In this document: piece after piece, positions 20,436 through 30,147 of the stretch
Layout of the letters: the number at the start of each line of letters is the position of its first letter
How positions within the stretch are numbered: the stretch's first letter is position 1
Assembly: GCA_031427615.1 (NCBI GenBank)
Contig: JANPNU010000244.1
Coordinates: 1 to 32,116, forward strand
Source: Burkholderiales bacterium
Lineage (GTDB): Bacteria; Pseudomonadota; Gammaproteobacteria; Burkholderiales; Usitatibacteraceae
Direction of reading: 5' to 3'
DNA length: 32,116 nucleotides
Made by a program: the position numbers and the translations under genes
Notes under the pieces: model-generated
The model's database searches: none
The model's input: only the letters and a program-made list of their open reading frames with translations
Told to the model about the DNA's origin: nothing

Positions 20436-22766
20436 TCAAAAAATCTGATTTTTTACTTCTTCGGATGGTTTGTTGGCTTCGCGAAGTGCGGCGGGGCTGT
20501 TACCAACATTGCCGACGTTCTCAGCATATACAAATTCGGTAATTGGCTGGCCGCCATCGTTACCAACGGCAACGCTGACGACGCCTTCCGGGGGCACCAA
20601 GTCAACCTCTTTCACACCTTTCATCGAACGCGCCATATAGTGCATCCAAATCGGTAATGCGGCTTGACCGCCGGTTTCATTGTTTCCCAAATCAGCCGGG
20701 TTATCAAAACCCACCCAGGCAACGCCAACCTGTGTTGAGCTAAAGCCGGCAAACCAGGCGTCAAAGTGATCGTTCGTTGTGCCGGTCTTGCCGCCCAAAT
20801 CATTTCTGCCCAGACTCATGGCGCGGACAGCGGTGCCATAACGCACCACATCGCGCATCAGTGAAGTCATGATAAAAGCGTTCCGCGGATCAATGACCCG
20901 CTCGGCAGTCTTGACGACGGCTTCATCAGTGGTGGCGCGCTCCGGCAGGGCGGTAAACAAGACCGCACCTTTGTCGTCGATGATCTTGGCAATAAAGTAG
21001 GGTTTGATGCGAAAACCGCCATTAACAAACACGCTGTACGCACCGGCCATTTGCAGTGACGTCGCGGAGCCGGCGCCTAAGGCCATGGTGAGGTAGGCGG
21101 GATGCTGCTTGGCATCAAAACCAAAGCGGGTGATGTAATCCTGCGCGTATTGCGGCGTGATGGCCTGCAAAATTCGAATCGACACCATGTTTTTTGACTT
21201 CACGAGCGCCTGGCGCAAACGCATTGGGCCCTCATATTTTCCGTCGTAATTTTTCGGCTCCCAGATTTGACCGCCATGTCGACCGGGGTCAAATACTATG
21301 GGTGCGTCATTAACAATTGTGGCCGGAGTGAAACCCTTTTCAAGCGCAGCCGAGTAGACAAATGGTTTAAACGATGAGCCGGGTTGACGCATCGCCTGGG
21401 TGATATGGTTGAATTTGTTGGCGGTGAAATCAAAACCACCGGCCAACGCGCGAATACTGCCGTCGAACGGATCTAATGCGACGAAACCGGCTTCGACCTT
21501 GGGCAATTGCACAATGACGGGATTGTTTTTTTCGTCCTGTCCGATTCGGATGATTGAGCCACGCTTCAGTTTGGTCACGCCGGCCTTATCCGCCATCGCG
21601 CGTGCGACAAACTTTAGCGCATCACCGGTTAGGGTAAGCGTATCGCTACGCTTGGTGACCGCGACAACTTGTTTCGCGTCAATGTCTGTAATTACCGCTG
21701 GCATCAATTCGCCAACCACCTCTTTGGTTGATAAGGCTTCGTCGACGGCATCCTCAATTTCGTCTTTACTGCCTTTGGCATCCGGCAAATTAACGAATCC
21801 TTCCGGTCCGCGATAGCCATGGCGACGGTCATACTCCATGACACCTTTTCTTAGGCCGCCGGTGGCCGATTCTTGGTCGGCTTTGCGGATGGTCGTATAG
21901 ACGTGAATACCGCTGACATAGGCTTTTTCGCCATATTGCTCAAAAACTTCCTGACGCGCCATTTCAGCGACGTGCTCCGCGCTCACCGAATACATGGTGC
22001 GCCCACGATTAAATTTCAGCACTTCCGCCTTTGCTACCGCCAGTTTTGCCGGGGCCAAAAAATTGAGTTCACCCATTCTGCGCAGTACATATTGTTGCCG
22101 CAAGGTTGCGCGTTTTAGATTGTTAAACGGGTTATACAATGACGGCGCTTTTGGCAGTCCGGCCAACATCGCTGCTTCGGCCGCGCTGATCAGACTGATA
22201 TCTTTGTTGTAGTAAACGCGGCTTGCCGCAGCGAAGCCGTGCGCCCGATTACCTAAAAAAATATGGTTGAGGTAGATTTCAAAAATCTGATCCTTAGATA
22301 AATTAGCCTCTATCTTGTATGCGAGTAACCACTCAGACATTTTTCGTGTGGGCGTTTGTTCGTTGGTCAAAAAGAAATTTCGCGCGACTTGCTGCGTAAT
22401 CGTTGATGCGCCCCCCTTAATCTTCCCGGACGCCAGAATAGCGCTGGCGGCCCTGGTCAGGCCGATGTAGTCAACGCCGCCGTGCTGGTAAAACCGCTCG
22501 TCTTCGGCCGCCAAAATGGCCTGTTTCATCACGTCGGGAAAGTCTCCGACCTTAACAAAGGAGCGCTTCTCCTCGCCAAATTCACCAATCAAGTCGCCTT
22601 CAGCCGTATAAATTTTGAGGGGAAGCTTTGGCCGATAATCTGTAACTGCGTCAATGGAAGGCAGGTTGGGGTAAAGCAAGGCAAGGGTTAGCGCAATCAC
22701 GCCAATCGACGCCAGAACTAAAGAGCCAACCAAAATAAGAGGATAAAACCACCAACGATGAACCAT
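20436..22766 (-). CDS. mrcA: Class A penicillin-binding protein 1A (bifunctional glycosyltransferase / transpeptidase)
   Basis: N-terminal TM anchor. GT51 motifs AEDERFYQHGGVD and GASTITQQ. Transpeptidase motifs SSFKP (SxxK), SKN and KTGTT. Divergent from pilM, as in many proteobacteria. Confidence 0.96.
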   Translation of the reverse strand: MVHRWWFYPLILVGSLVLASIGVIALTLALLYPNLPSIDAVTDYRPKLPLKIYTAEGDLIGEFGEEKRSFVKVGDFPDVMKQAILAAEDERFYQHGGVDYIGLTRAASAILASGKIKGGASTITQQVARNFFLTNEQTPTRKMSEWLLAYKIEANLSKDQIFEIYLNHIFLGNRAHGFAAASRVYYNKDISLISAAEAAMLAGLPKAPSLYNPFNNLKRATLRQQYVLRRMGELNFLAPAKLAVAKAEVLKFNRGRTMYSVSAEHVAEMARQEVFEQYGEKAYVSGIHVYTTIRKADQESATGGLRKGVMEYDRRHGYRGPEGFVNLPDAKGSKDEIEDAVDEALSTKEVVGELMPAVITDIDAKQVVAVTKRSDTLTLTGDALKFVARAMADKAGVTKLKRGSIIRIGQDEKNNPVIVQLPKVEAGFVALDPFDGSIRALAGGFDFTANKFNHITQAMRQPGSSFKPFVYSAALEKGFTPATIVNDAPIVFDPGRHGGQIWEPKNYDGKYEGPMRLRQALVKSKNMVSIRILQAITPQYAQDYITRFGFDAKQHPAYLTMALGAGSATSLQMAGAYSVFVNGGFRIKPYFIAKIIDDKGAVLFTALPERATTDEAVVKTAERVIDPRNAFIMTSLMRDVVRYGTAVRAMSLGRNDLGGKTGTTNDHFDAWFAGFSSTQVGVAWVGFDNPADLGNNETGGQAALPIWMHYMARSMKGVKEVDLVPPEGVVSVAVGNDGGQPITEFVYAENVGNVGNSPAALREANKPSEEVKNQIF

Positions 22767-23203
22767 GCGTTTTCAAATCCAAGAGGCCAACCATTGAGTT
22801 GGCGCTGAGATTATATCGGCACCCCTTAATTGAGGATGGTCGGCATCGAGGCAAAGATGGCAAGATTCGGGCAATGGGCCGAAATTCGGCGGTTTTTGCG
22901 CTGCCGGTCAATAATTCCCGAAAATAGGCACAAAGGGGTATATTTTGGCTTGTCCATAAACGGTGATAATTCCAGAAAAAGCTTTACACGTCCGTTACTT
23001 GTTGCTAGGATTTAATGTAAATTGTATAAAGTTGTTTCTAATGAACCGGTTTTAATGCGCTGATTTAATGTTCAGTATGTAATTTTGGGCGTAATTTTTC
23101 CGACGAACATAAAACTTGTTATTTGGAATTGTTAATAAATAGTTTTAAACAGAACGCTTTGCGTCGGGGTTAAACCCGCGTTTACACGAAGGCTTAACCT
23201 TCC

Positions 23204-24301
23204 ATGCTTAAAGAAAAACTGGCGGATCAGTTTCAATTCCTCCGGGCAAAAACGCCGCCGCTGGTCGGGGTCGATATCAGTTCGTCCTTCATCAAGATGG
23301 TTGAAATCGTTGACGCCGGCAAAGGATTGTTTCGCGTTGAGCGGTATGTAATCGAGCCGTTGCCGCGAGATACGGTTTCTGACGGCAATATCGCCAACAT
23401 TGAGGCGGCTGGCGAGGTCATGAAGCGTGCCCACAAACAACTCGGCACCCGCATTAAGAATATCGCACTTGCTTTGCCCTCTGCCGCCGTCATTACCAAA
23501 AAAGTTTTACTAAATGGTAACCAGCGTGAAGAGGATATGGAGTTTCAGGTCCAGTCTGAAGCGAACCAATACATCCCGTTTAGCTTAGATGAAGTCAATT
23601 TGGACTTTCAGGTGATTGGCCCAGCGCCAAACAGTGAAACTGAAGTTGAAGTTTTAATCGCCGCGTCACGAAAAGAAAAAATCGAAGATCGGGTCGCCGT
23701 CGCCGAAGCAGCGGGACTCAAAACGATCGTTATGGATATCGAGTCTTATGCGGCACTGGCCGCGTTCGACATGATCAAAGGTGGCGCAACCGGAATCAAA
23801 GATAAAGACGTCACGGCCATAATCGATATTGGCGCACAAACCACCCGTGTTACGGTGATGGCTGACGACCAACAAGTATATTCACGGGAACAGCAGCTGG
23901 GTGGGTACCAGCTTACACAAGACATTTCGCGTCAGTTTGGCATGCCGGTGGAAGAGGCGGAGGTCGCCAAAAAAGCAGGTGGTCTGCCCGAAAATTATGG
24001 TCCGGACGTACTGCAGCCATTCAATGAAAAAATCGTTCTGGAAATATCGCGGGCACTGCAATTCTTTTTTACTTCCACCCAATTTAACAAGGTTGACCAC
24101 ATTGTATTGTCAGGTGGCTGCGCCATGTTGGACGGGTTGGAGGAAATGGTGGCCCAGCGCACGCAAGTACATACATTGGTGGCCAATCCATTCGCCAATA
24201 TGGCGTTGTCATCCAAGATTAAACCACGCCAACTTACCGTTGATGCACCAGCATTGATGGTGGCTTGCGGACTGGCAATGCGGAGGTTTGACCCGTCATG
24301 A
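23204..24301 (+). CDS. pilM: Type IV pilus assembly protein PilM (actin-like ATPase fold)
   Basis: GVDISSSFIKMVE, IIDIGAQTT, and the FtsA/MreB-like layout. First gene of pilMNOPQ. Confidence 0.93.
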   Translation: MLKEKLADQFQFLRAKTPPLVGVDISSSFIKMVEIVDAGKGLFRVERYVIEPLPRDTVSDGNIANIEAAGEVMKRAHKQLGTRIKNIALALPSAAVITKKVLLNGNQREEDMEFQVQSEANQYIPFSLDEVNLDFQVIGPAPNSETEVEVLIAASRKEKIEDRVAVAEAAGLKTIVMDIESYAALAAFDMIKGGATGIKDKDVTAIIDIGAQTTRVTVMADDQQVYSREQQLGGYQLTQDISRQFGMPVEEAEVAKKAGGLPENYGPDVLQPFNEKIVLEISRALQFFFTSTQFNKVDHIVLSGGCAMLDGLEEMVAQRTQVHTLVANPFANMALSSKIKPRQLTVDAPALMVACGLAMRRFDPS

Positions 24302-24921
24302 TTCGCGTCAATCTACTCCCCCATCGTGAGGTCCGGCGCAAGGCCAGACAACAGCAGTTTGCCGTCTTGTCCTCGCTTACGGCAGTTTTTGCGCTCGCGA
24401 TTGTTGGCCTGTTGTGGACCGTATTTAATGCACAGGTTGACAATCAGAAGGGCCGCAACAAATATTTGACCGATGAAATTGCCAAGCTCGATAAACAAAT
24501 AGAAGAGATCCGCAAAATTCGCGAAGAAACAGCATCATTGTTATCCAAGAAACAAGTGGTTGAAGGCCTTCAGCTTAATCGTTCCGAGCCTGTTCAATTG
24601 CTAGACCAAATGTTGCGGCAACTGCCGGAGGGGCTGTACCTAAAATCGATCCGGCAAACGGGTAACAAAATTAACGTAACCGGATACACACAATCGCAAG
24701 CCAGGGTGTCCGCATTTATGCGCAATATTGAAGCGTCTCCGTACCTAGAAAATCCAAACCTAATTGAAATCAAGGCCGTAACGGTAAATCAGGTTCGGGC
24801 GAACGAATTTAACCTTGATTTTTTTGTTAAGCGCGCAAAGGCCGACGGAGCAAAAGGTGGATCTCCGTCAAAAGGTGGGCAAAGTGGCCAACCTAAACCA
24901 GCCGCAGAGAAAAAAGCATGA
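24298..24921 (+). CDS. pilN: Type IV pilus alignment protein PilN
   Basis: MIRVNLLPHRE N-terminus (the PilM-binding motif INLLP), one TM segment and a coiled-coil. 4-nt overlap with pilM. Confidence 0.87.
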   Translation: MIRVNLLPHREVRRKARQQQFAVLSSLTAVFALAIVGLLWTVFNAQVDNQKGRNKYLTDEIAKLDKQIEEIRKIREETASLLSKKQVVEGLQLNRSEPVQLLDQMLRQLPEGLYLKSIRQTGNKINVTGYTQSQARVSAFMRNIEASPYLENPNLIEIKAVTVNQVRANEFNLDFFVKRAKADGAKGGSPSKGGQSGQPKPAAEKKA

Positions 24922-25577
24922 ACGCCCTAAATAAATGGATTGAAGAGCTTAAACAGCTCGATCCAAAAAACCCTGGCAATTGGCCATGGCTGTTTAAAGT
25001 TGGCGCGTTTGTATTGGTGTTTATTGGCATTTTTGTCGCCGCATGGTTTTTATTATTCGCAGATCAACAAACCGACCTTTCAAAAGAAACCGCGAAAGAA
25101 ACTGATTTAAAGGCAACGTTTCTTGAGAAGAAGAAGCTGGCGGTCAATCTTGAAGCCTATCAACAGCAGCGGGCTGATATCGAACAATCATTTGGTGCAT
25201 TATTAAAACAACTGCCAACGAAATCAGAGATCGAAGCGCTAATTATTGATATCAATACGGCCGGTCTTGGACGCGGATTGCAATTCGAACTATTCAAGCC
25301 GGCTCAAAACGAGATGTTTACAGAGTTTTATGCAGAAAAACCGGTTGACCTAAAGGTTACGGGTAACTATCACGATCTGGGCGCATTCGCGAGTGACGTG
25401 TCTAAATTGCCGCGAATCGTTTTGCTGACGGATTTAAAAATTGACAATGTGAAAGACGGGTTTCTTTCCATGGAAGCCAAGGCAAAGACCTACCGATATC
25501 TTGATCCGGATGAAATCGCAACGCAGCGTAAAACTGCCGCAGGTGCCAAAGCAGCAGCCAAGCCGGGGGCAAAGTAA
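24918..25577 (+). CDS. pilO: Type IV pilus alignment protein PilO
   Basis: N-terminal TM segment (WLFKVGAFVLVFIGIFVAAWFLL), a coiled-coil, then a ferredoxin-like core (DLKVTGNYHDLGAFASDVSKLPRIV). 4-nt overlap with pilN. Confidence 0.87.
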   Translation: MNALNKWIEELKQLDPKNPGNWPWLFKVGAFVLVFIGIFVAAWFLLFADQQTDLSKETAKETDLKATFLEKKKLAVNLEAYQQQRADIEQSFGALLKQLPTKSEIEALIIDINTAGLGRGLQFELFKPAQNEMFTEFYAEKPVDLKVTGNYHDLGAFASDVSKLPRIVLLTDLKIDNVKDGFLSMEAKAKTYRYLDPDEIATQRKTAAGAKAAAKPGAK

Positions 25578-26113
25578 TGAATCGCTACTCGTTACTTAAG
25601 CGCATTTTGCCGTTGTTTCCAATAATAATAATTTCCGGTTGCGGCGAGGGGTTTTCCGATTTGCGCGGGTTTGTCAAAGAGTCAGAAAAGAATGTTCCGC
25701 GCAAAATTGAGGCGCTGCCGCAGGTTAAACCGTTTACGCCGTTTGCATACGAGGGGTTTGATTTGCCCGATCCGTTCAAGCCTCGCAAGCTGGCAATCAA
25801 ACAAGATAATGCTGGGGCCAATTCGCCGGACTTAAATCGCCGTAAAGAACCATTGGAAGTTTTTTCGCTCGAGCAACTAAAGTTTGTCGGAACACTTACG
25901 CAAACTGGCGTGACTTACGCGCTGGTGCGGGCGGAAAAAACGGTATATCGCGTCAAAAAAGGAAATTATCTCGGTCAGAACTTTGGATTGATCGTCGATG
26001 TTACAGATTCCGAAATCAAACTTAAAGAAATTGTGCAAGACACCGCGGGTGATTGGGCAGAGCGCGAAAGCGTGCTGCCGTTGCTCGATGGTCCTGCGCC
26101 GGGAGGAAAGTAA
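25577..26113 (+). CDS. pilP: Type IV pilus lipoprotein PilP
   Basis: Lipobox IIISGC. Conserved PFxP and beta-sandwich region (LEQLKFVGTL..., YRVKKGNYLGQNFG). 1-nt overlap with the pilO stop. Confidence 0.82.
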   Translation: MNRYSLLKRILPLFPIIIISGCGEGFSDLRGFVKESEKNVPRKIEALPQVKPFTPFAYEGFDLPDPFKPRKLAIKQDNAGANSPDLNRRKEPLEVFSLEQLKFVGTLTQTGVTYALVRAEKTVYRVKKGNYLGQNFGLIVDVTDSEIKLKEIVQDTAGDWAERESVLPLLDGPAPGGK

Positions 26114-26115
26114 AT

Positions 26116-28236
26116 ATGTATGCCAATTCGTTTCTATTCGCGTTTCGATTGCCACAGGTGGTGAAGTCCATCAAATTGGCAATGGTTAGCGCCGCGAGCC
26201 TGATTTTGCTACTGTCGATTAGCGCGCCGGTAACTGCGCAGGAAAAGAATTCCGTTGAATCAATCACTGCATCAACTCTACAAGGCGGCAAGGTGATAGT
26301 GCGAGTCAATTTCAAGACACCACTAAGCGGGATTCCAAATGGGTTCACGGTGACCAATCCGGCCCGCATTGCCATTGATCTGCCAAACGTTTCAAACGGA
26401 ACAGGAAAAACGGTTGTAGATATTGCCCAAGGTGACGTGCGGACGGTGAATGTTGTTGAGGCAGGCAACAGAACTCGATTGGTAATTAATCTCTCCAGGG
26501 CGTTGTCATATGTCCCGAACCTCGACGGGAATGCGCTGATATTGGCAATTGAAGGCGTAAGCCAGGGGGCGTTGAAAGATACCGCCCAAGTCACAAGATT
26601 TGCCGCACCGTCGCCAGCAACAACGACAACCCGCCATGCGGTTAGAGATGTTGATTTTCGACGCGGGAGCAATGGTGAGGGCCGAATTGTTGTCGATCTT
26701 TCGTCAGCATCCACCGGTATTGATATTCGTCAGCAAGGAAAATTGGTCATTGTCGATTTCGTCAACACATCTGCGCCGCGGAACTTGATTCGACGACTTG
26801 ACGTTCTTGATTTTGCAACGCCAGTTCGTACAGTTGACATGGTCGAACAGGGTGCCAATACCCGCATGATGATTGAGCCGCGAGGTAACTGGGAGTATTC
26901 GGCTTACCAGACCGACACCCAGTTTATCGTTGAGATCAAACAATTAAAGGATGACCCAAACAAACTTGTTCAGGGAACCGGCTACAACGGCGAAAAACTT
27001 TCCCTAAATTTCCAAAATATTGAAGTGCGCGCGGTGCTACAGGTGATAGCGGATTTCACAGGATTGAACATTATCACGCGCGATACGGTCGTCGGCAGCT
27101 TGACGCTGCGTTTAAAGGACGTGCCGTGGGATCAGGCCCTGGATATCATCTTGCAATCGAAAGGACTGTCAAAACGCAAAAACGGCAACGTGGTTTTGAT
27201 CGCACCGTCAGATGAACTCGCAACCCAAGAAAAGCTGGCACTTGAAATTGCCCAGCAAACGACTGAGCTCGAGCCAATGCGTACCGAAAGTTTCATCCTT
27301 TCGTACGCCAAGGCAGTTGATGTCCGCACATTGTTGAGTGATGGACAGCAAAAAATACTATCAAAGCGAGGTTCTGCAACGGTTGATCCACGTACCAACA
27401 CCATGTTTGTGCAGGACGTTCCGGCTCGCCTGGACGACGTTCGCCGCTTGCTGGCTCAGCTCGACATACCGGTTCGGCAGGTGTTGATCGAGGCACGTAT
27501 AGTGACCGCAGACGATAATTTCCGACGTGAATTAGGCACCAGATTTGGAACCGCATCCGGAATAACAGCAAACGGACGTAATCTTGGGGTGGGCGGCAGT
27601 ATTGGCCAGTCAAACAATATTGCACGCGGCGGTGCATCGACGACAGTTGGTGATTTGAACTTGAATTTGCCTGTCGCGGGTGGCGGTTCTCTTGGTTTGA
27701 CGTTTCTTAATTTAGGAAATGGAAACGTTATTAATCTGGAGCTCTCTGCGCTGGAAGCGGACAATCGTGGCAAGATTGTCTCTAACCCAAGAATTGTTAC
27801 GGCCGACAAACGAAAGGCAACAATCACACAAGGAACAGAGATTCCATTCCAGACACAGTCAGCAAGTGGTGGCACTACAACCCAATTTAAGCCGGCCGTA
27901 TTGTCGTTGGACGTGACGCCGCAAATCACGCCAGACGACAAAGTCATTATGGATATCGAAATCAAAAAGGATGCGGTCGGGGCATCATTTGGCGGTATTC
28001 CCTCAATCGATACACGTACTCTTAAAACACAAGTACTCGCAGAAAATGGCGAGACGATTGTACTGGGTGGAATATACGAGCAAACAACCCGCACAGACGT
28101 TACAAAAATCCCGTTGATTGGCGATATTCCACTGATTGGACATTTGTTCAAGTCGACACGTAAGCGCGATGAAAAGACCGAGTTGCTGATTTTTATCACG
28201 CCGAGAATTATCAAGGATCAGTTGACCGTCCGTTAA
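26116..28236 (+). CDS. pilQ: Type IV pilus secretin PilQ (two AMIN domains, N0/N1, secretin domain)
   Basis: Signal peptide ending APVTAQE. Two AMIN-like repeats (RVNFKTPL...ARIAIDLPNV and RIVVDLSSAS...IVDFVNT). Secretin C-terminus VLGGIYE...IPLIGDIPLIGHLFK...ELLIFITPRI. The ATG at 26116 follows the pilP stop; the track ORF starts at 26053. Confidence 0.95.
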   Translation: MYANSFLFAFRLPQVVKSIKLAMVSAASLILLLSISAPVTAQEKNSVESITASTLQGGKVIVRVNFKTPLSGIPNGFTVTNPARIAIDLPNVSNGTGKTVVDIAQGDVRTVNVVEAGNRTRLVINLSRALSYVPNLDGNALILAIEGVSQGALKDTAQVTRFAAPSPATTTTRHAVRDVDFRRGSNGEGRIVVDLSSASTGIDIRQQGKLVIVDFVNTSAPRNLIRRLDVLDFATPVRTVDMVEQGANTRMMIEPRGNWEYSAYQTDTQFIVEIKQLKDDPNKLVQGTGYNGEKLSLNFQNIEVRAVLQVIADFTGLNIITRDTVVGSLTLRLKDVPWDQALDIILQSKGLSKRKNGNVVLIAPSDELATQEKLALEIAQQTTELEPMRTESFILSYAKAVDVRTLLSDGQQKILSKRGSATVDPRTNTMFVQDVPARLDDVRRLLAQLDIPVRQVLIEARIVTADDNFRRELGTRFGTASGITANGRNLGVGGSIGQSNNIARGGASTTVGDLNLNLPVAGGGSLGLTFLNLGNGNVINLELSALEADNRGKIVSNPRIVTADKRKATITQGTEIPFQTQSASGGTTTQFKPAVLSLDVTPQITPDDKVIMDIEIKKDAVGASFGGIPSIDTRTLKTQVLAENGETIVLGGIYEQTTRTDVTKIPLIGDIPLIGHLFKSTRKRDEKTELLIFITPRIIKDQLTVR

Positions 28237-28254
28237 ACTGCGTTTGACAGGCAA

Positions 28255-28307
28255 CAAACAAAACGGGGCGCCTATGGTGCCCCGTTTTGTTTGCTATTAT
28301 TATTTTC
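28255..28307 (+). terminator. Strong intrinsic terminator after pilQ
   Basis: caaacaaaacggggcgcc (28255-28272) pairs with ggtgccccgttttgtttg (28276-28293): 17 Watson-Crick pairs plus one G-U. A T-rich tail ctattattattttc follows. Confidence 0.8.
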
Positions 28308-28329
28308 GCTACCGCACACATTTTGAACA

Positions 28330-28908
28330 ATGCTCAAACCGCAGAATATTTTTCTTATTGGCATGCCAGGCGCCGGAAAGAGCACTGTTGGCAAATCATT
28401 GGCCAATATACTCGATATGCCATTTATTGATACCGATGACGAAATTGTGTGTCGCAACGGCGTCGAAATTGCGACCATTTTCGAAATTGAAGGCGAGGCT
28501 GGCTTTCGTCAGCGCGAGGCGGCGCTCATTGATGAGTTGACCCAGCAAAATGGCATGGTGATGGCGACCGGAGGCGGGGCAATTTTGCACCCGGAAAACC
28601 GCGCCGCCCTGTCGGCAAGGGGCCTGGTTGTGTATTTGCATGCGGACGTGGATACACTGGTGAAACGCACTTCACAAATGGGTGGTAAACGGAATAAACG
28701 GCCATTACTAAGTAATGCGAATGTGCACGAGAGATTGACCGGATTGCTCGCGGTTCGTGGGCCGTTATACAATGAAATTGCGGATTTGACGATCAACATC
28801 AATCACACCAACCGGTTGCAACTTGCGCGAGTATTGGCATCTGAAATTGCGGAATATTTGGCGCAATCAACGACCTACAGTCAGTTCACGCTATCCACCA
28901 AGAATTAA
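28330..28908 (+). CDS. aroK: Shikimate kinase AroK
   Basis: Walker A GMPGAGKSTVGK, then DTD, GGG and the layout typical of AroK. Lies upstream of aroB. Confidence 0.95.
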   Translation: MLKPQNIFLIGMPGAGKSTVGKSLANILDMPFIDTDDEIVCRNGVEIATIFEIEGEAGFRQREAALIDELTQQNGMVMATGGGAILHPENRAALSARGLVVYLHADVDTLVKRTSQMGGKRNKRPLLSNANVHERLTGLLAVRGPLYNEIADLTININHTNRLQLARVLASEIAEYLAQSTTYSQFTLSTKN

Positions 28909-28917
28909 AAATTTAGT

Positions 28918-30069
28918 ATGACTAATTCAATCCCGTCGCGGGCGGTAAATTCGTCGCAATCCCCCACAACGCTGGCGGCGACATTGCAGGTTCAGCTGGC
29001 GGCGCGCACTTATGAAATAGTGATCGGCGAAGGTCTGCTAAACGATATTTCAAATATTACCCAAGTCACCGGCGATGCCCAGCTGGTCGTCGTCTCGAAT
29101 AATATTGTCTATCCGTTGTATGGTGTTGCAATGGAAGCGGCATTACGGAAAGCTGGGAAGCGTATTTTTAGCATTGTTCTGCCGGATGGCGAGGCGAACA
29201 AGGATTGGCCAACACTCGACAAAATTTTCGATTGCCTTCTTGAAAATGCTTGTGGCCGAAAAACGGTATTGATCGCCCTGGGTGGGGGCGTGATTGGTGA
29301 TATGGTCGGATTTGCCGCCGCCATTTATCAGCGAGGCATACCATTTATTCAGGTTCCAACGACATTGCTGGCGCAGGTGGATTCATCAGTCGGTGGTAAA
29401 ACCGCGATCAACCATCGGCTCGGAAAAAATATGGTTGGTGCGTTTTACCAGCCGAGACGGGTGATCATTGATACGGCGACATTGGAATCCCTGCCGGAGC
29501 GGGAATTTCGCTCCGGTCTGGCTGAAGTAATCAAATATGGCGTTGCGTTGGATGCCGATTTTTTCAATTGGATCGAGCAAAACATAGATTTGCTGCTTCG
29601 GCGCGAGTCTGCCGCATTGGTATATGCCATTCGTCGATCATGTGAAATAAAAGCGTCGGTTGTTGGTGATGATGAATACGAAACAAAGGGCGGCCGTGCA
29701 TTGTTGAATTTCGGCCACACCTTCGGCCATGCGATTGAAAGCGCACTCGGATACGGCGAATGGCTGCACGGTGAAGCGGTCGCCTGTGGCATGGTATTGG
29801 CAACAAATTTCTCGTTTGCGATGGGTCGCATCGACCTAAAAGTCGCCGAGCGCATCATTGCAGTTGTCAAGCGCGCAGGATTGCCGCTGCGCCTCCCGGA
29901 CATCACCGCCGACGTGATGATTTTGCATATGTCACGCGATAAAAAAAATGAGGACGGTGACATTCATTTGATCTTGCTCAATGCCCTTGGAGCTTCATCA
30001 CTAGACGGCAAGGTGCAACGTGACGCCATTCATAACTATTTGACCAAGTTGCCTGATAACGACTCATAG
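28918..30069 (+). CDS. aroB: 3-dehydroquinate synthase AroB
   Basis: GGGVIGDMVGFAAA, VPTTLLAQVDSSVGGKT, NFGHTFGHAIE, HGEAVA. Confidence 0.96.
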   Translation: MTNSIPSRAVNSSQSPTTLAATLQVQLAARTYEIVIGEGLLNDISNITQVTGDAQLVVVSNNIVYPLYGVAMEAALRKAGKRIFSIVLPDGEANKDWPTLDKIFDCLLENACGRKTVLIALGGGVIGDMVGFAAAIYQRGIPFIQVPTTLLAQVDSSVGGKTAINHRLGKNMVGAFYQPRRVIIDTATLESLPEREFRSGLAEVIKYGVALDADFFNWIEQNIDLLLRRESAALVYAIRRSCEIKASVVGDDEYETKGGRALLNFGHTFGHAIESALGYGEWLHGEAVACGMVLATNFSFAMGRIDLKVAERIIAVVKRAGLPLRLPDITADVMILHMSRDKKNEDGDIHLILLNALGASSLDGKVQRDAIHNYLTKLPDNDS

Positions 30070-30147
30070 TTGTTGACCACCAGACGTGATCAGTTGTCAG
30101 AGGGCGCATTGCACTTCAACCACCTGCCCCCCCGCTCTCGCAATCGT

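Noticed and set aside
26022-28214. Antisense ORFs of 230 aa (26022..26714) and 252 aa (27456..28214) opposite pilQ.
   Set aside because: The pilQ frame has signal peptide, AMIN and secretin signatures. The antisense translations are low-complexity with no recognisable domain.
30127-30133. C7 homopolymer between the convergent aroB and TPR genes, as a possible phase-variation tract.
   Set aside because: It lies between two 3' ends, neither in a promoter nor in a coding region. Seven residues is also short for efficient slippage.
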